A program made the translations under genes and the position numbers. Below, piece after piece: positions 45,301 to 56,329 of a stretch of 64,000 nucleotides of DNA. The stretch spans positions 62,001 through 126,000 of the forward strand of contig OW569354.1 of the NCBI GenBank assembly GCA_937625935.1, given 5' to 3'. Position 1 is the first letter of the stretch, and each line of letters begins with the position of its first letter. The notes below the pieces were generated by a model. The model worked only from the letters and a program-made list of their open reading frames with translations, ran no database searches and was not told where the DNA came from. This DNA comes from Tetramitus jugosus. Taxonomy: Eukaryota; Protista; Heterolobosea.

Positions 45301-46400
45301 TTACCACCTGGAGACAGGAGAGCACCATTCAAATTGACTCCAAAACCAATCCTATCGGGATCAGTTTTGTCCAAAAGAATACTCCATGTGTAGACACCAG
45401 TACCAGTAAAATTTAGCTGTAAAATTTGAGTCAAATCTACAGGTGACAAGACAAAGAGCCCAATTCCTTGATTTGAACTCATAGTCACAGAAACTACTAA
45501 TCTTGACGAATCAGCAACCATTGAACGTGAGAGAGTATTTGCATCTCCAAGCTGAGCAGTATGAAGAATACTACCATCACTCGTTGACAGAGCGATTACA
45601 AACGGTATTTCTCGGTTCTCAATGGGTTCTGCTTGTTGCAACTGTACCATGTCACTCACGTCTCCCGAAAAGTAAAGCACATCATTTACGATGACAGCAC
45701 CATATGCACCACCATTGAGACCATAAGATGTTTCGCGATACCATTCAAAAGAAATATCCTCGAGAGCAACCTTTGCAAAGAAGGCCTTGGACATGACTGA
45801 TGTTGAGTTTAAATGCTGTCCGCCAACGAAAATCCTATCATCTGCACCGATAGTCAAAGCACGAATAGCTGAATTGCTCAACCCAATGAAACCATCAAAA
45901 ATCCCACCGTACTTCAATTGTCCATTTGGATCAAAAACAGCCAACATAGGTCCTTCATTTAATCTTGTCCCACCAACCACAATGTTGTCCTTGCTGTCAA
46001 CTGCCACCTTTATCAATCTCTCGTTTGCTTCTGTACAAAAATCAACTCTCTTCGCCCAAAGCACATCCCCTTTTGGGGACAACTTCATCAGAAAAGCGTC
46101 CGTAGTCAAAGGAGAAGCACTCTGCACAAAATTTGATAGTACAAAATCTCCCACTTTTGTTTGATTGGAACCAAAGTGTCCTGCAGCAATAATATTGCCC
46201 TGTGAATCTAATGCGGTACCAGTAAGGTGGTTTCCTTGCAATTTAAGGGCTTCAGTCAAATTGACACCTACAGCTGCACCTGTCGAGAATAGCCATTCTG
46301 TCTCAAGACTTTGAACCTTGAAACTTGAATGAATCAGTGCCCCAAAAACTAAGAATACCAATAGCTGGTACAATTGGATGTTCTTCGTTATGAACTTCAT
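39303..46400 (-). CDS. Giant adhesion-type receptor: signal peptide, beta-propeller, parallel beta-helix, fibrinogen-C, REJ/PKD-like, GAIN/GPS, 7TM, RGS
   Basis: Fibrinogen-C 'DCISIQ..APSGIYQIYP..VYCDFD..TIQRR..FDKTWQEYVNGF..FFYGLENIHTLT..GGWWF'. GPS 'CKFWDE..WSVGGC..VCHCDHTTSF'. Seven hydrophobic helices, then RGS 'FSNYAKKEFALENILLW..YIEQGSDYEINV..DTFTRF'. Confidence 0.88.
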   Translation of the reverse strand: MKFITKNIQLYQLLVFLVFGALIHSSFKVQSLETEWLFSTGAAVGVNLTEALKLQGNHLTGTALDSQGNIIAAGHFGSNQTKVGDFVLSNFVQSASPLTTDAFLMKLSPKGDVLWAKRVDFCTEANERLIKVAVDSKDNIVVGGTRLNEGPMLAVFDPNGQLKYGGIFDGFIGLSNSAIRALTIGADDRIFVGGQHLNSTSVMSKAFFAKVALEDISFEWYRETSYGLNGGAYGAVIVNDVLYFSGDVSDMVQLQQAEPIENREIPFVIALSTSDGSILHTAQLGDANTLSRSMVADSSRLVVSVTMSSNQGIGLFVLSPVDLTQILQLNFTGTGVYTWSILLDKTDPDRIGFGVNLNGALLSPGGNSIVSRYSGYDVVLTFISITSRQFVDTIYFGGPLDDVIRDTIVTSDNKIVLVGRILSSSVQGGPDQLPLSTSCLFVAKVSHQLTGAKPVIILDSDLYGDTLSNNFSYRIISDMSVLANLNIQEGTQLTIMPKVTITVETGAHLSANGLSNDTILFNSGVNASFCGFDVKGKLSLANVVIPNGGNCNGTSATILLRKGSELVTSNTWFLSTVAPYHIYASDSKVTLATSQFIGASVYAKGKIEYQYVNYNVFNSTSLIITPSNAAEISIIGNNFYNAMSGIQINNFLGVSMIRQNYFHSCWKAIDIYYAAIESIISPKLQIRYNAIDSCTSGVSINYFSGPAAIQGNYFNDTEQYIAFKVGGTTLTQQTVSILNNEFTTSKLATSNKPLVLLSSGEETIMEFRGNSFVEQRNNILLQISGPMQISRNFFYHRGLRVLNKTDSRTINVQLNYWGIDSMTQEQVGYVVGASGTLNPKMLYLPYLATAQDESMLWGYVLPPAKMLKMTDCISIQSEWGAAPSGIYQIYPKCNALVVYCDFDSSAGMTIQRRTLSYSFDKTWQEYVNGFHGFTYDDFFYGLENIHTLTNIATTKLHVQFIANDLSMQKIEYELFKLDSSLSNYSMIVGDSISSTGLPDEFQKQNGSAFATADHNDIYGVGGVTQGGWWFSSSNSTDLVQLNSPRMTWGASFPDILNPKMTLQFVNSSEARCGLSPKLAAPTRVEIEYCQPNLEFSVATTSFPSLPFTINYSAEFGTLALKQYLLALHSLNVSIPRDWLQAGIEQQITTNLLLSDFYSGTPFLSTSTVVLRKQLALTVVTDQAIIEMFSSNIVSVFANVGGLPSCWASLNIQWTLGTTKLNSTANSTNVIVPRYLSIGDHTMTLTFALDSYLFSRDLVIKVYDAVAIDGGDRRIPFDYPITLNYRAAKYTNVNASYVWSCSNTTANLVPLAKGVVFSAATPGNYTVSVKKMISTVYPDRYTTHSIQIEVVPWKYLPVVSISTTGLSDIVSNQKKLKVEAKYSMNVNVNSSSVIYEWIVVHNNGSTVYQDKNNVLRPLILQENTLQPSTVYTIKISARNMQDLSEGYASITIRTASIPQIDNFTTTPTTGQELATSFMFSAFAHDSDSTQLQYSFYIVNENNTTPLRLLGTSSFTTLMPRSNSSEVVVVKCVAENEYGSKSESLTTLSVRSNNNSMNILVDLLVNDRSSIDSEQLINIAVNVVSQKGSTMTQALLETVISNTTDMILKEIKSNSTASILAAVSNIHVLSLFSSGTTSNIRETTSSIIGTIMDVVLASDKTYSAIKLDDTQINQVAVSISNVHSVRASQHDSSQMLSLIEKLGYVIATDKLAAEPKTEISTSNFDLLIQIDTPDNIRNSKYNTSDGYVGLPTTIDQLESDQEYTIELINFAPSNNPYSWSNSSNDIGTSIISFRLLSDQQKLPLRNMSSPIEIVLKKDQNYVVNDSLQHQYSCKFWDESTGDSWSVGGCKLYKETDSEIVCHCDHTTSFSAFVIYDAKAPNKASDGLYITYIVVYSLFIVLSVLVLIGVSVWNKKQPIRSRFIAPFIGLTAIIVECILNGVIRNALLIGASSAKDYRGVNSIAYIIMSIVNPIVLVSLFIYFWQMMRYLLMKNLYAIMGTERSDKRKLRLLKMVSSKLVYIILALLILVMSCVYFVLISILEATAVIKPNPASAFNALSFAAMSFAIAALIIVLFVWDLVIVLTRKVYKRSLTSGKESIEGKSIEWERTFGGMKALATHFTSDDPLQFRIESIFMVTGLIVMLISYIVGISDRFAKTPQANSGAKIVEFLFDVAYILLRIISFGGYTVIVRLVHRFKLHHQLEEYTALKSYVTDLKSGVSTAEQKLTQLLRHDYGLEVFSNYAKKEFALENILLWSDLEQIRADNMVMTKEQRSRQINEIYSLYIEQGSDYEINVPARCRKKIKIMKEKDTIAAAEAEESLLDLYNEIMVNICDTFTRFSATEEYKKYVNLSSLAVQLMDTQDKKSQ

Positions 46401-46618
46401 TTGTTTTATTTTCCCAAACGGAAAGAGGTCAAATGTCGAAAAATTTTGACAGTTCTTCACGGCCCGATAGAACCCGATAGAACTACTCGGAGTAATGTTA
46501 TTTTTGGGATAGAGGGATAGAATACAACAGCCGAAGACGCTGGATCAAGAACCATGAGATCTCGGGCCTTCCAGATCTTCGAGAAGAAACCAAACACCCC
46601 AAATTATTATTCAACATA

Positions 46619-47812
46619 ATGAAACTGTACCTTAGTGGAGCCAAGAAACCGTTTACCCATCACACTTTTGAACAAGTGTCTCAGTTACCGTTCGATGTTG
46701 ACAAAATAAAGTTCGTTTCCTGTGGAGCGAACCATGTCGTTCTCGTCACCCAGAACAATGATATTTTCGCAGCTGGAGAAAATACCTATGGTGAACTGGG
46801 TATAAACACCACTTCTGCTCAGTCTCAATTTGTCCAATGGAAGAAAACAGATGGGAATTCTGGGTGGGACAATGTGGAGAAGTTGATTTGTGGCATGCAC
46901 TCTACTGCCATCATTACTTCAAGTAAGGGCAAAGACAAGAATCAATTGCTAGTATGTGGTAACAATGAACATGGCTTATTGGGACTGGGAGACACAAAGT
47001 CATTGTTTGTTCCATTGTTCACAATTGTGGATTTACCCAGTGATTGCGATGGTGTCAAACTGTTCTCCATGGGTGCAGATCATTGCATGTTACTAGACCA
47101 GAAGAATCAATTGTTTGCGTGTGGTCTCAATGATCGTGGTCAACTGGGTCTCGGTTCTGATCAACGAGAGTACTACTCCTTCCAGAAGGTTGCACTGTCA
47201 TTTAACAGTGCAATTCAACAAATTTCCTGTGGCTATAGACATACGATGGTATGGACAGAGGATGATAAGCTGTATGTCTGTGGAGATAACACGTGTGGTC
47301 AACTGGGAATTTCGATGAACAATCACTTCTTGAGCAACTTAACTCTATCCACCATTTCTGCCCAAGAATCTGACTTGTGCAGAGGCATCCATATCAAACA
47401 AATATTTGCCGGATGGTATCACAGTGAGGTATTGTTCGAGAATGGAGTGTTATTCTGTTGTGGTTCAAACTCGCACGGTGAAATTGGTGAATTGGATCTA
47501 CCTGAGAAAAACTATGAACAGTTCAGACAAGTGAATATGCTGTTGTCCAACATTGTGATTGATAAGCTGTGCATGACATGCCCTACTGGTTCTACCATGG
47601 CTCTACTCAATGACGGTCACACTGTTGTTGCATCCGGCATTAATCACTACTACCAACTTGGTCTGGGAGATCGAACTCATCGAACCGACCTCACAAAGGT
47701 CCCCATTCACCAATTTATCGATGAAGACAAAGGCGACACTCTTCTCCAGGTGGCGCACGGTTCGAGACTTTCTGCTCTCCTTGTAGGTAACACAAGTACC
47801 AGCACCGCCTGA
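46619..47812 (+). CDS. RCC1-repeat (RCC1/BLIP-II) protein
   Basis: Repeated 'VSCGANH', 'AGENTYGELG', 'CGLNDRGQLGLG', 'ISCGYRHT', 'CGSNSHGEIG'. Confidence 0.92.
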   Translation: MKLYLSGAKKPFTHHTFEQVSQLPFDVDKIKFVSCGANHVVLVTQNNDIFAAGENTYGELGINTTSAQSQFVQWKKTDGNSGWDNVEKLICGMHSTAIITSSKGKDKNQLLVCGNNEHGLLGLGDTKSLFVPLFTIVDLPSDCDGVKLFSMGADHCMLLDQKNQLFACGLNDRGQLGLGSDQREYYSFQKVALSFNSAIQQISCGYRHTMVWTEDDKLYVCGDNTCGQLGISMNNHFLSNLTLSTISAQESDLCRGIHIKQIFAGWYHSEVLFENGVLFCCGSNSHGEIGELDLPEKNYEQFRQVNMLLSNIVIDKLCMTCPTGSTMALLNDGHTVVASGINHYYQLGLGDRTHRTDLTKVPIHQFIDEDKGDTLLQVAHGSRLSALLVGNTSTSTA

Positions 47813-48154
47813 AGAATACTCCAATTGTAAATTGCGAGAGATTTCAATACTTTGTCGTGAATAAATTACCCAATCATTGGGACTTGAAACATCATGCGTC
47901 GTCTATCCTTTTGGTTCACCGACCTGAAACAAGACTTACTTGCTTGATTTTGGGGATTATGCCATTCGCGGCGTAACCTATCACGAATGTTGAGACATTT
48001 GACATGTGCTCTAACGGCATAAGCACAAGACGAGCAAAAACAATCGTACCAGGTCCCCTCGAAGCAACACCGCCCGCTCCTCGCCATCAAACCAACCCCA
48101 TAACAACTGAAACAGCAGTTACACATTGTTTTTCAATCAAACCACCTTTCTATC

Positions 48155-51100
48155 ATGAAAAACAAACTTTTGCAGTTGTTTCATGATATGATGATGAACA
48201 CAATGACGATCCACAATAACAACAACAATTACAATTACAATACCGATCAAGATTTCGCAGCAACAATGATGACAATGATGATGAGTGGTAGTACAGCTGT
48301 AAATAATACGAACAACAACAATACTTTAACTTCAGATTCTTTTGTGAGAAGAAGCGGATTTCAAATCTCTAGCACAGTGATCGCATGGGTGCTCACTGCT
48401 CTCTTCTTGGTCGATGTAGTGGTGATAGTGGGCATGTTGATTACGGTTTGGGTGCATTTGAAACGTTCACGATATCACACCAGACTCAAATCATACCTCT
48501 CTCGAAATCGAAGCTTCTCCTTTTCTCACATGTTGTTCGTTGCCGCCTGTACATGTCTCCCGCTTGGACTTCGGAGTATTCGGTTACTGTTGAACGTTCA
48601 TATCAAGAGTGAAAAAAATCGAGAACCCGCGCAAAATATTTACTGTCGATCGACGGCTTGGGTGTGGGATTTGAGTCTTGCGGCGCTCGTGTTTATTTAT
48701 ATTGGACGTTGCTTGTATATGGGTATACGGTACACGGACAAGAAGATCAAGGTAGATAACTGGAACAAGAGCTTGAAGGAGAAATGGAAGCGATATCGAC
48801 TGTTTTTCAGGGAGAGAACACATACAATCTCCACGTTTTTAACGCCCAGAACAACCAATGAATTTTTCAGAGGTTCATCCAAGATTGTTCGAAAGCTCAA
48901 GCTTCGTCGTAACTCGCAAACATCGATGGGTGCGATTGACTATGGTAGCTCGCCACAGTCACCCAATCCACAATCTTTTCTACTGATTGAAACTGAAAAT
49001 CACAAGGAACGTCATAAGGAAAATCCCAATAACAACAACAAAGAACCTGTAGTTGTGACGAATACCACTGTTGCTTCGACTACTACTACAACAACGACAA
49101 ATGAGCACAATCCATATCAAGTTCTGACTCCCATGACTGATGTGTTCACTGTAACCTCTCCTAATAATGAATCGGCACTGTTGATTGATGATGAGACATA
49201 TTCATCTACGACACCTGCCACTGAACATCAACAGGGAATGAGCAGTTATGCACTGATGAACAGGTCTTCACCAAGTCGCTCCGATATCCACTCTCGATAT
49301 CTGGAGATTGCCGGTGATGTTCCTCCTGCACAACAATCCTTTGAAATGCTAGAGCAAGAAACACGACAACATGTAGTGGAGCATTCATCATCGATGAATC
49401 AGTCACAAACGCAGCCAGCAACTCTAGAAGATAACAACAATAAGACAGTAACACCTAGAATTCCAATGATACCATCCCTCAACATGCGCGCTGTCGCACA
49501 GAATGACGACGAAGAGGGAGGAGATGACAAGAAGACAAAATTTGTTCTCAAGCAATTCTTGACCAGCCGAAAAGCAAAGTACGAAGATGAGCTGCCAGAC
49601 TTGGACAATATGACTGCACGGAGAAGAGTTGACGACGTGGATCGATTGAAACGTCGAGCATCCATGGACATCAACAGTGAGCATAACGACCTTCAGAGCT
49701 TCCGTGGAGTGGACGTCGAGTCTCACTATGAGGATTATGATAGTGATGATGATGGCACTGATTCAGATGAAGCTCAACATGATATTGGACTCAACGCCGA
49801 ACAGACACCGAACAAGTATTCGTTCAATTTGGATATCAAGAGAGTATCCAAGAATGCAAAGGATGAAAAGAATGCCATGTCGTCTGCTAGGGCACTATTC
49901 ACTGAGGAGGAGTTGGGAGAGGAAGGAATGAATGATGATTTAATGTTTCATGAGCTTGATGAAGAAGTTGGGTCAGCAACATCGTTGGCCATTGGTCTTC
50001 AGAACACCATGACAGAATTGTTGACCATGCCAGCAACGCCCAAGCATGACAAGGATCATTCCTTGGTGCGAAGAATGTCCATGGGCAGTGTTCGACGAAA
50101 CAATGAAATGATTGCTCTTCAGAGCAGTATCATATCGGGTAATGTGATCGTTGATCCTAACCCAAGCAAGCAACGGTCCTTGTCAGAAATAATGCACGAC
50201 CGTGGATCTGCTTCGTGCTGCAAGATGCCAGAGTTACAACTAGGTACAAAGATTGGCTTGATATCCTTTTCATTTTCAGTATGCGTGTTCATCGTGTTAG
50301 CAGTGTTAACAGGAGCAATCCCATGGGTATACCCTGGCTATGCAGGTAAGTTTTGAATATCGTTAGTAATTTGCTCACAACTGAACACACTAATATTCTC
50401 ACTCCTTTTTTATTAATGCAAACAGAGTGTTCCAAGGACATTTTCCGTGCAGTTTACACTTACACTGACCCAATATTCTATGTACATTTGGTTGGAGCGA
50501 TTATTTGTGTTGGTATTTACATTACGTTGAGCATTGTTGTGTCCTCACTCAAGGTTTACGATCTACTGGTATATGAGATGTGGGGTATTACGATATCTAG
50601 TCTAATAGTCCCTATTTCAATCGCCTTGGCCCCAGTGATCTATGGTGCTGGTGTCTCGAACGCATATGCTCCAATCCAGCACTATCTGCTCAATTTCCTC
50701 TCATTCTTCTGGTTGATTGTCTTCCAAGTTTGTGGTATATTAGTGCCAGCATTGGGATTGGTGTATTCGCTGAATGCTAGACAGAACGGTAAGGATATTG
50801 TGTCAGCCGTCAAGAGACCAATCGCATTTTTCGACCCAAACACTCAAACACAGGAGCTGGAAGCATTGTATCCATTCGATATCGTTCTAACGGATAGAAA
50901 TCTGCGTGATGCATTCAGAAAGTTCTTGGTTAAAATGTTGTGTCCTGAAAACTTGTTCTTCTTGGACGAGGTTGCTCTGTATCAACAGGTGGACTCACCA
51001 GCAAAGAGAAGGGAGTTAGGTGCCGATATCATTCAGAGATTTATTCGAAGTGGTAGTCTGTATGAGTTGAATGTGTCAAACTACGAGAAGCTTTCCATGA

Positions 51101-51282
51101 TTGAGAAGTATCAACGTCTGAATCAAGATTGTCCAAAGAATTTGTTCAAGGATCTGGAGTCAACCATTCGTTTCACCCTGGCCACAGATTGCTACAAGAA
51201 GTTTATTGCCTCCAAGGAGATGAAAGATGTTTTGGGCAGTGGAGTCTCCATTACAACAGCCAGCACGGCGAACAAGCAGTAG
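48155..51282 (+). CDS. 7TM-RGS protein with a very large cytoplasmic loop; intron 50346-50425
   Basis: Three TM helices, about 500 aa of disorder, then four TM helices across a GTAAGT..CAG intron. RGS 'FRKFLVKMLCPENLFFL..FIRSGSLYELNV..DCYKKF'. Start codon uncertain. Confidence 0.82.
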
Positions 51283-51544
51283 GATCGAAGCCTCATCACT
51301 CAAATAAAATGGCTTCCTAGCTCTTCAGCAACTGATCTCAGTTATCCATTCCATAACACCTTCCTGTCAAAGGGAAATTCTGCCCGCCTTTCATCTCCTG
51401 ATCCGCAATAAATTGTGCGCATGCGGTGACTGGGAGAAGGTCCCCACGATCTATTAATTCTGAATGAGTGGTAGTTCCTGGACAACACAATCACAACAAC
51501 ATAACCAGATCAAAGCTAACAACAAACACTACCAAACAAAAAAC

Positions 51545-52219
51545 ATGATTGAACTATACTCTCTCGATACACCAAACGGCCAAAAGATTGGAATTGCACT
51601 GGAGGAAATGGGACTCCCTTACAATGCTCACACGGTTGACATCTCCAAGGGCGAACAATTCAAGGAGGACTTTCTCAAAATTTCTCCGAACAACAAAATT
51701 CCCGCCATCGTAGACACTGACACTGGCATCAATGTGTTTGAGAGTGGAAGCATCTTGGTGTATTTGGCTGAAAAGACTGGAAAGTTTCTACCGAAGGATG
51801 ACTTGGTCAAGAGAACAGAAGTATTAACTTGGCTCTTTTGGCAAATGGGAGGCTTAGGACCCATGTTGGGTCAAATGGGTCACTTTTGGAAGTATGCCAA
51901 AGCTCCAACTGAAGAACACTTGGAATATGGCAGACAAAGATACCTCGCTGAATCTCAGAGACTGTTTGGTGTGCTCGAAAAACAGTTGGCCAAGCATAGC
52001 AACGATCCAAACGCGAATATTTTCGTGTGCGGCGATGAGCTTTCCATTGCTGATTTTGCCATTTATCCATGGATTCACGGTGTGAGCAAGTTTTATGGCA
52101 GTGTAAAGGACAAGGTGTACGAAGCTGGACCATTCCCTTACATTGATGCCTATATCAAGAGAATGAGTGAGAGACCAGCTGTACAAAAGGGTGAGAATGT
52201 AACTCCATTTGCTCACTAA
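51545..52219 (+). CDS. Glutathione S-transferase, YfcG/YghU/Ure2-like (Nu class)
   Basis: 'MIELYSLDTPNGQK', 'ISPNNKIPAIVD', 'FESGSILVYLAEK', 'WLFWQMGGLGPMLGQ', 'SIADFAIYPW'. Confidence 0.93.
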   Translation: MIELYSLDTPNGQKIGIALEEMGLPYNAHTVDISKGEQFKEDFLKISPNNKIPAIVDTDTGINVFESGSILVYLAEKTGKFLPKDDLVKRTEVLTWLFWQMGGLGPMLGQMGHFWKYAKAPTEEHLEYGRQRYLAESQRLFGVLEKQLAKHSNDPNANIFVCGDELSIADFAIYPWIHGVSKFYGSVKDKVYEAGPFPYIDAYIKRMSERPAVQKGENVTPFAH

Positions 52220-52336
52220 ACCGTATTTATTAAATTGTATTCTATTCACTCACATATTATTTGTTACAACTTGTTTTTTTAGACGTGTGAAAAAGCAATG
52301 AACATTGAATAGAAGGGACAATTCACGAGAACTTGC

Positions 52337-55161
52337 ATGTTCTGCACCGCTCCCATTTACGACAAAAAAGGGCGAAAACACTTTGGTCCGAGAGAAATAG
52401 TGATGAATCAATGGTCATGTCCCATCGCTCCAACTAGCCCTACGACAAGAAACTATCCAAAATCAGATGCGACTCGACGATTATTCAAATCTGCTTCGTT
52501 TTCGTCACTGGAGAAGAAACAAAGAAGTCCTAGCCCTCTCGTACTGCAAAATCAAAGGTCAGAGGAGCAAGGAAATGAGTTTCGAGCTAGTAGTGCTCCA
52601 AGAAAATTATCAAAGAGTTCTTCAGAGTCTAAATTGATGATTGAATCAGCAATGAGAGTGAAAATTAGGACGAGGTACGCGGAGAGTGCTCTCAGTGCTC
52701 CATTCTCGAGAAATTCAGTAAAACGACCACAATCTATTGATCTCGTATTTCCTATCTCACCAATCGGTAGTAGGAGTGAGCAGGATGAGGGGGAAGTTAA
52801 CGACCATTCTTTTTTCATGAACGGCAGGATTGTTGAGGAGATTGCCCCTCTGTTGACCAAGCAGAACAGCTCTGATAGTTTAACAGGATCTGCCATAAAC
52901 CTAGACATGAATAACAAAGTAGAACAAAAAGAGAACTCTAAAAGGAGCACATTTCGGCCGGTGTTCATCCCTGAGTTAGATATGAGCGAGGAAGTGGGAT
53001 TGACCAGAAAGCGCCATTCTCCCTCATACAGGGATCAAGTCGACGAAGGAAGTAGTGGTCGATCGAGTGCAAGATACTATACAGATCGATGTCATTCAAA
53101 TAGATCATTAAGCAGAAGACAAGAGAAAGTAGTTGAAGATACATCCTATCGATACGCATTAATGAGACCGGATTCACCATCAGCAAATAACAATTGTTTC
53201 AAGAATCGTGTTGCACTCAAGAAGCTTGACTGGTATAGATTGAACAACACTCCGAATGAAGGTTCAGATACTAGTCCCACAAGTTTGTATGTCCGGTCAC
53301 CGTTATCAACAAGATCAGTGTCTTTGAACTGCAGATCTTCGGGGAGTCGTTCCTTCAGTCGATCAAGTTCATGCCCTTCGATGTGGAACGACCCATCCGA
53401 TTGCCATTCGGGTGGAGTAGAGAATAATGTTGAGATATTAAACTCCCTCACAAGAGTAGAGGATGATAGTGGGTGGACTCCACCCATTCGACAAGTTGAA
53501 GAGTTGGCAAGTCATTCAATCAGGGAAGAAACTCGCGATGACATAGAGACATCTGATCCAGAGAGAACGAAAACCTTATTTCTCTCTTCTACAGCAAAGC
53601 CCTATGTATTTGTTTCTCCTTTTTCTCTATCTCCCAGTGGAGCGGGAGCTCTTAGGTATCATGGTCTTCCTGTTCGGAACTACCAGGATGCATTGCACAG
53701 ATCCAGGCTTAAGCAAATCCTGGTAAATTACATGTCAAACTTCAGGGATCAACCCTCACCAAAGAGAAGGGTTTTAATTTATGAACGAATAGGGGACATC
53801 TGTGATACGTTTCCTGAGGATGTGAAAGTTACTGCACGCACTTGTGGTCTCCTATCGATGCTAATGGAGAATCTCAGAAATGGAGATAAGATGAGAATTC
53901 AGTCAAATGAGGAGTGTAAGCACTTGATGCTGCTCCTAGGTAAATTGTGCAAGAATGATGATCAAAACAAGGAATTCTTTCGACGCAATCGAGGAATAAG
54001 TAAACTTGTGGATGTATTAAAGAATGAGAGAAGCATCTATTTGGTTGATAGTATTTATGAAACCTTACTGGGCTCTTTTCTATCAAATGACCATATTGCT
54101 ATGAAGGAGTTCAGAGAGTTTGGAGGAGTAGCAGAACTCACCCATGTCATGGAAGAATCAACAAGCGAACGAGATACAATCCTGGATATCGTATTCCGTG
54201 TTGTTCTGTGTATCTATATCTCGCGACATTTAACGGTTCAGGAGTTAATTCAAAGAGACCTGAACCTCGAAGAGTTTGCAATGAAGGGAGGAGTGAATTT
54301 GTTGTTGAGACTGTTTGCAGAGTTGAAGCAGGTAGGAGAGAAGTATGCATTAAATTTGGCTGCGTTATGCAAACATAGTGTTCTTGTTCAAAATGAAGTA
54401 AGTTCAAAGTTCTCTTTGTCATTTTCGTCTCTTACTAACAATAAATCAATCAATTGGAAGCTCGCAGGTCTGGATACAATCTCAACATTCCTTAATTACA
54501 TTCTCAAACATCCTTCCTGCGAGATTTTAGAAACAGTATCAGCTATATGTGACAAACATGAAGCTCTCCAACAATCATTCAGGGAAATGAATGGTTTTAT
54601 AGTATTTGAGAAACTAGTAAGTGCTACTTCAACGTCGGTTTCAATCAAGTTAGCTATCCTTCGAGCTGCTGGTACTATATGTCTCGATAATACGGACAAT
54701 ATTGAGCAAGCCCATCGGAGTGGTTTTACACTCAGTATCTGTCGGATGATAGGGGATAACCAATACGCGATTGAACTTGCTAGAACTGTGAACGTTATCA
54801 GCCGGGGCATGCCCACAATCAAACAACCTTTTCAGGGTGCATTCCACCGTTCGTCAACACTATACAACAGATCGATATAGGGAAATACCGTTCGATGGAA
54901 GAGTTTTTGGTAGTGTATGTAGATTGTGCTTGTGACAATAGAATCTCGAATATTTCTAACCCTATCATTGTCAATAGAATCAGAACTATGAGTCAAGCGA
55001 TACTTGTACTCTGTGATGGTCATTACAACAATAATGCACTCGCTCAACACTATCTCCGAACCGAAAGTTTGATACGTTGCTTAAAGTTACTTGTTCCCAA
55101 TTCAGAAGAGCATTCCTTAGTGACAAGTTTGATTCGTCTTTTATCGATCAGACGGAGATAA
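52337..55161 (+). CDS. Protein with Ser-rich disordered N-terminus and C-terminal armadillo-type repeats; probable introns near 54398-54460 and 54837-54880
   Basis: 'NKEFFRRNRGISKLVDVL', 'MKEFREFGGVAELTHVM', 'QQSFREMNGFIVFEKLV' are ARM-like. Splice sites inferred. Confidence 0.7.
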
Positions 55162-55208
55162 AGGTGAAGGAGTTTATCGACGTTTTTATTCAATAGAGTT
55201 GAATGTCC

Positions 55209-56126
55209 TTACGGATTCAAAAAGTTTCGTATCTTCTTACCGAATGATTTTGGAGAACCGTTTGCTTGTTGCTGACGATATTGCTGTACCTGTTGTTCAT
55301 ACAGCTGCTGTTGAAACTGTTGCTGATGCTGAACTTGAACGGGTATGTTCTGATATTGATTAACCACTGCTTGCTGAGTATTTACATTGCCTGCTTGGGT
55401 GAGGACAGGTGTTGACACAGATTGGGCCGAAGGAGATTGTTGTATCTGTCCAGAAATTCCTGCTGCTTGTTCAAGGCGAGATGGAACTGTTATGACCGAG
55501 ATTGGTTTGTCAGAGAACAGGGGAAACATGCTCAGTATTTGATAGAAACCGATATCTTGCATCAGCATGTCCTTCTCAGTTGAGGTTAAAGAGGAAATAT
55601 CTGTGCTGACATCATATCCTCTCAAATGTTTCAGAATAATGTGAAACAATGAGCCATCCCGATCAATAAAGTGCTCTTCTGTCTCCTGGTCTTGATCCGT
55701 ATGGAAGGCGCCTGAGAACATGGCACCAAATATAGAATCCCTGTCTCGAGTTATAGTCAACATGGAAGTGGTGTACTTGCAGCCTCCGATATTGAGTTTC
55801 ACCTGAGATGATCTTCTGGTAAAGCAAAGTTCCATCTTCTTGGCCATCAAGTCCAGGTACTCTTGTTGTTCCTTGATTTCCCCTGCCATTCGTTCATTGT
55901 TCTCTTGTTGTTCTTTAATGCTCTCAGCCAGCTGTTGGAGTTGTTTCCGCTCCTTCTCTATGGTTTTCCACTCCTCCTTTGTTGAGATTTTGATATTTGA
56001 CAAGGTATGAGCTAATTCTAATTGGGCAGTGTCAATCAGGATGTTCAATTGTGACACTTGTGACTCCGTAGAGGTTCCTTGAGAATGATCAGTTGTTAGA
56101 TCGTCCATAGTTTGGGCTGTATTCAT
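55209..56126 (-). CDS. Coiled-coil + KCTD-type BTB/POZ protein with Q-rich tail
   Basis: 'VKLNIGGCKYTTSMLTI..DSIFGAMFSG..HFIDRDGSLFHIILKHLRG'. Confidence 0.88.
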   Translation of the reverse strand: MNTAQTMDDLTTDHSQGTSTESQVSQLNILIDTAQLELAHTLSNIKISTKEEWKTIEKERKQLQQLAESIKEQQENNERMAGEIKEQQEYLDLMAKKMELCFTRRSSQVKLNIGGCKYTTSMLTITRDRDSIFGAMFSGAFHTDQDQETEEHFIDRDGSLFHIILKHLRGYDVSTDISSLTSTEKDMLMQDIGFYQILSMFPLFSDKPISVITVPSRLEQAAGISGQIQQSPSAQSVSTPVLTQAGNVNTQQAVVNQYQNIPVQVQHQQQFQQQLYEQQVQQYRQQQANGSPKSFGKKIRNFLNP

Positions 56127-56329
56127 GTTCTTCTTACGTACGAGAGAAAACTCTTGGGATTTTCAATATATTGGGAGTTTATTTTGTTGTTGTATTTGAT
56201 TGGAATGGAATACAACCCAAACGGTATCAAGAAATAGAGGGGAGGATATGTGATCTTCTATTTTTGCTTCGAACTCCTTCGACGAACAAGGAAGAAGATT
56301 TTTGTTTCAAAAATAGTCTTGTATTATCT

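Noticed and set aside
51387-51440. Hairpin with UGA/GA resembling a SECIS element
   Set aside because: The upper helix is too short, it lies beyond the upstream gene's AATAAA, and no nearby ORF needs an in-frame UGA.
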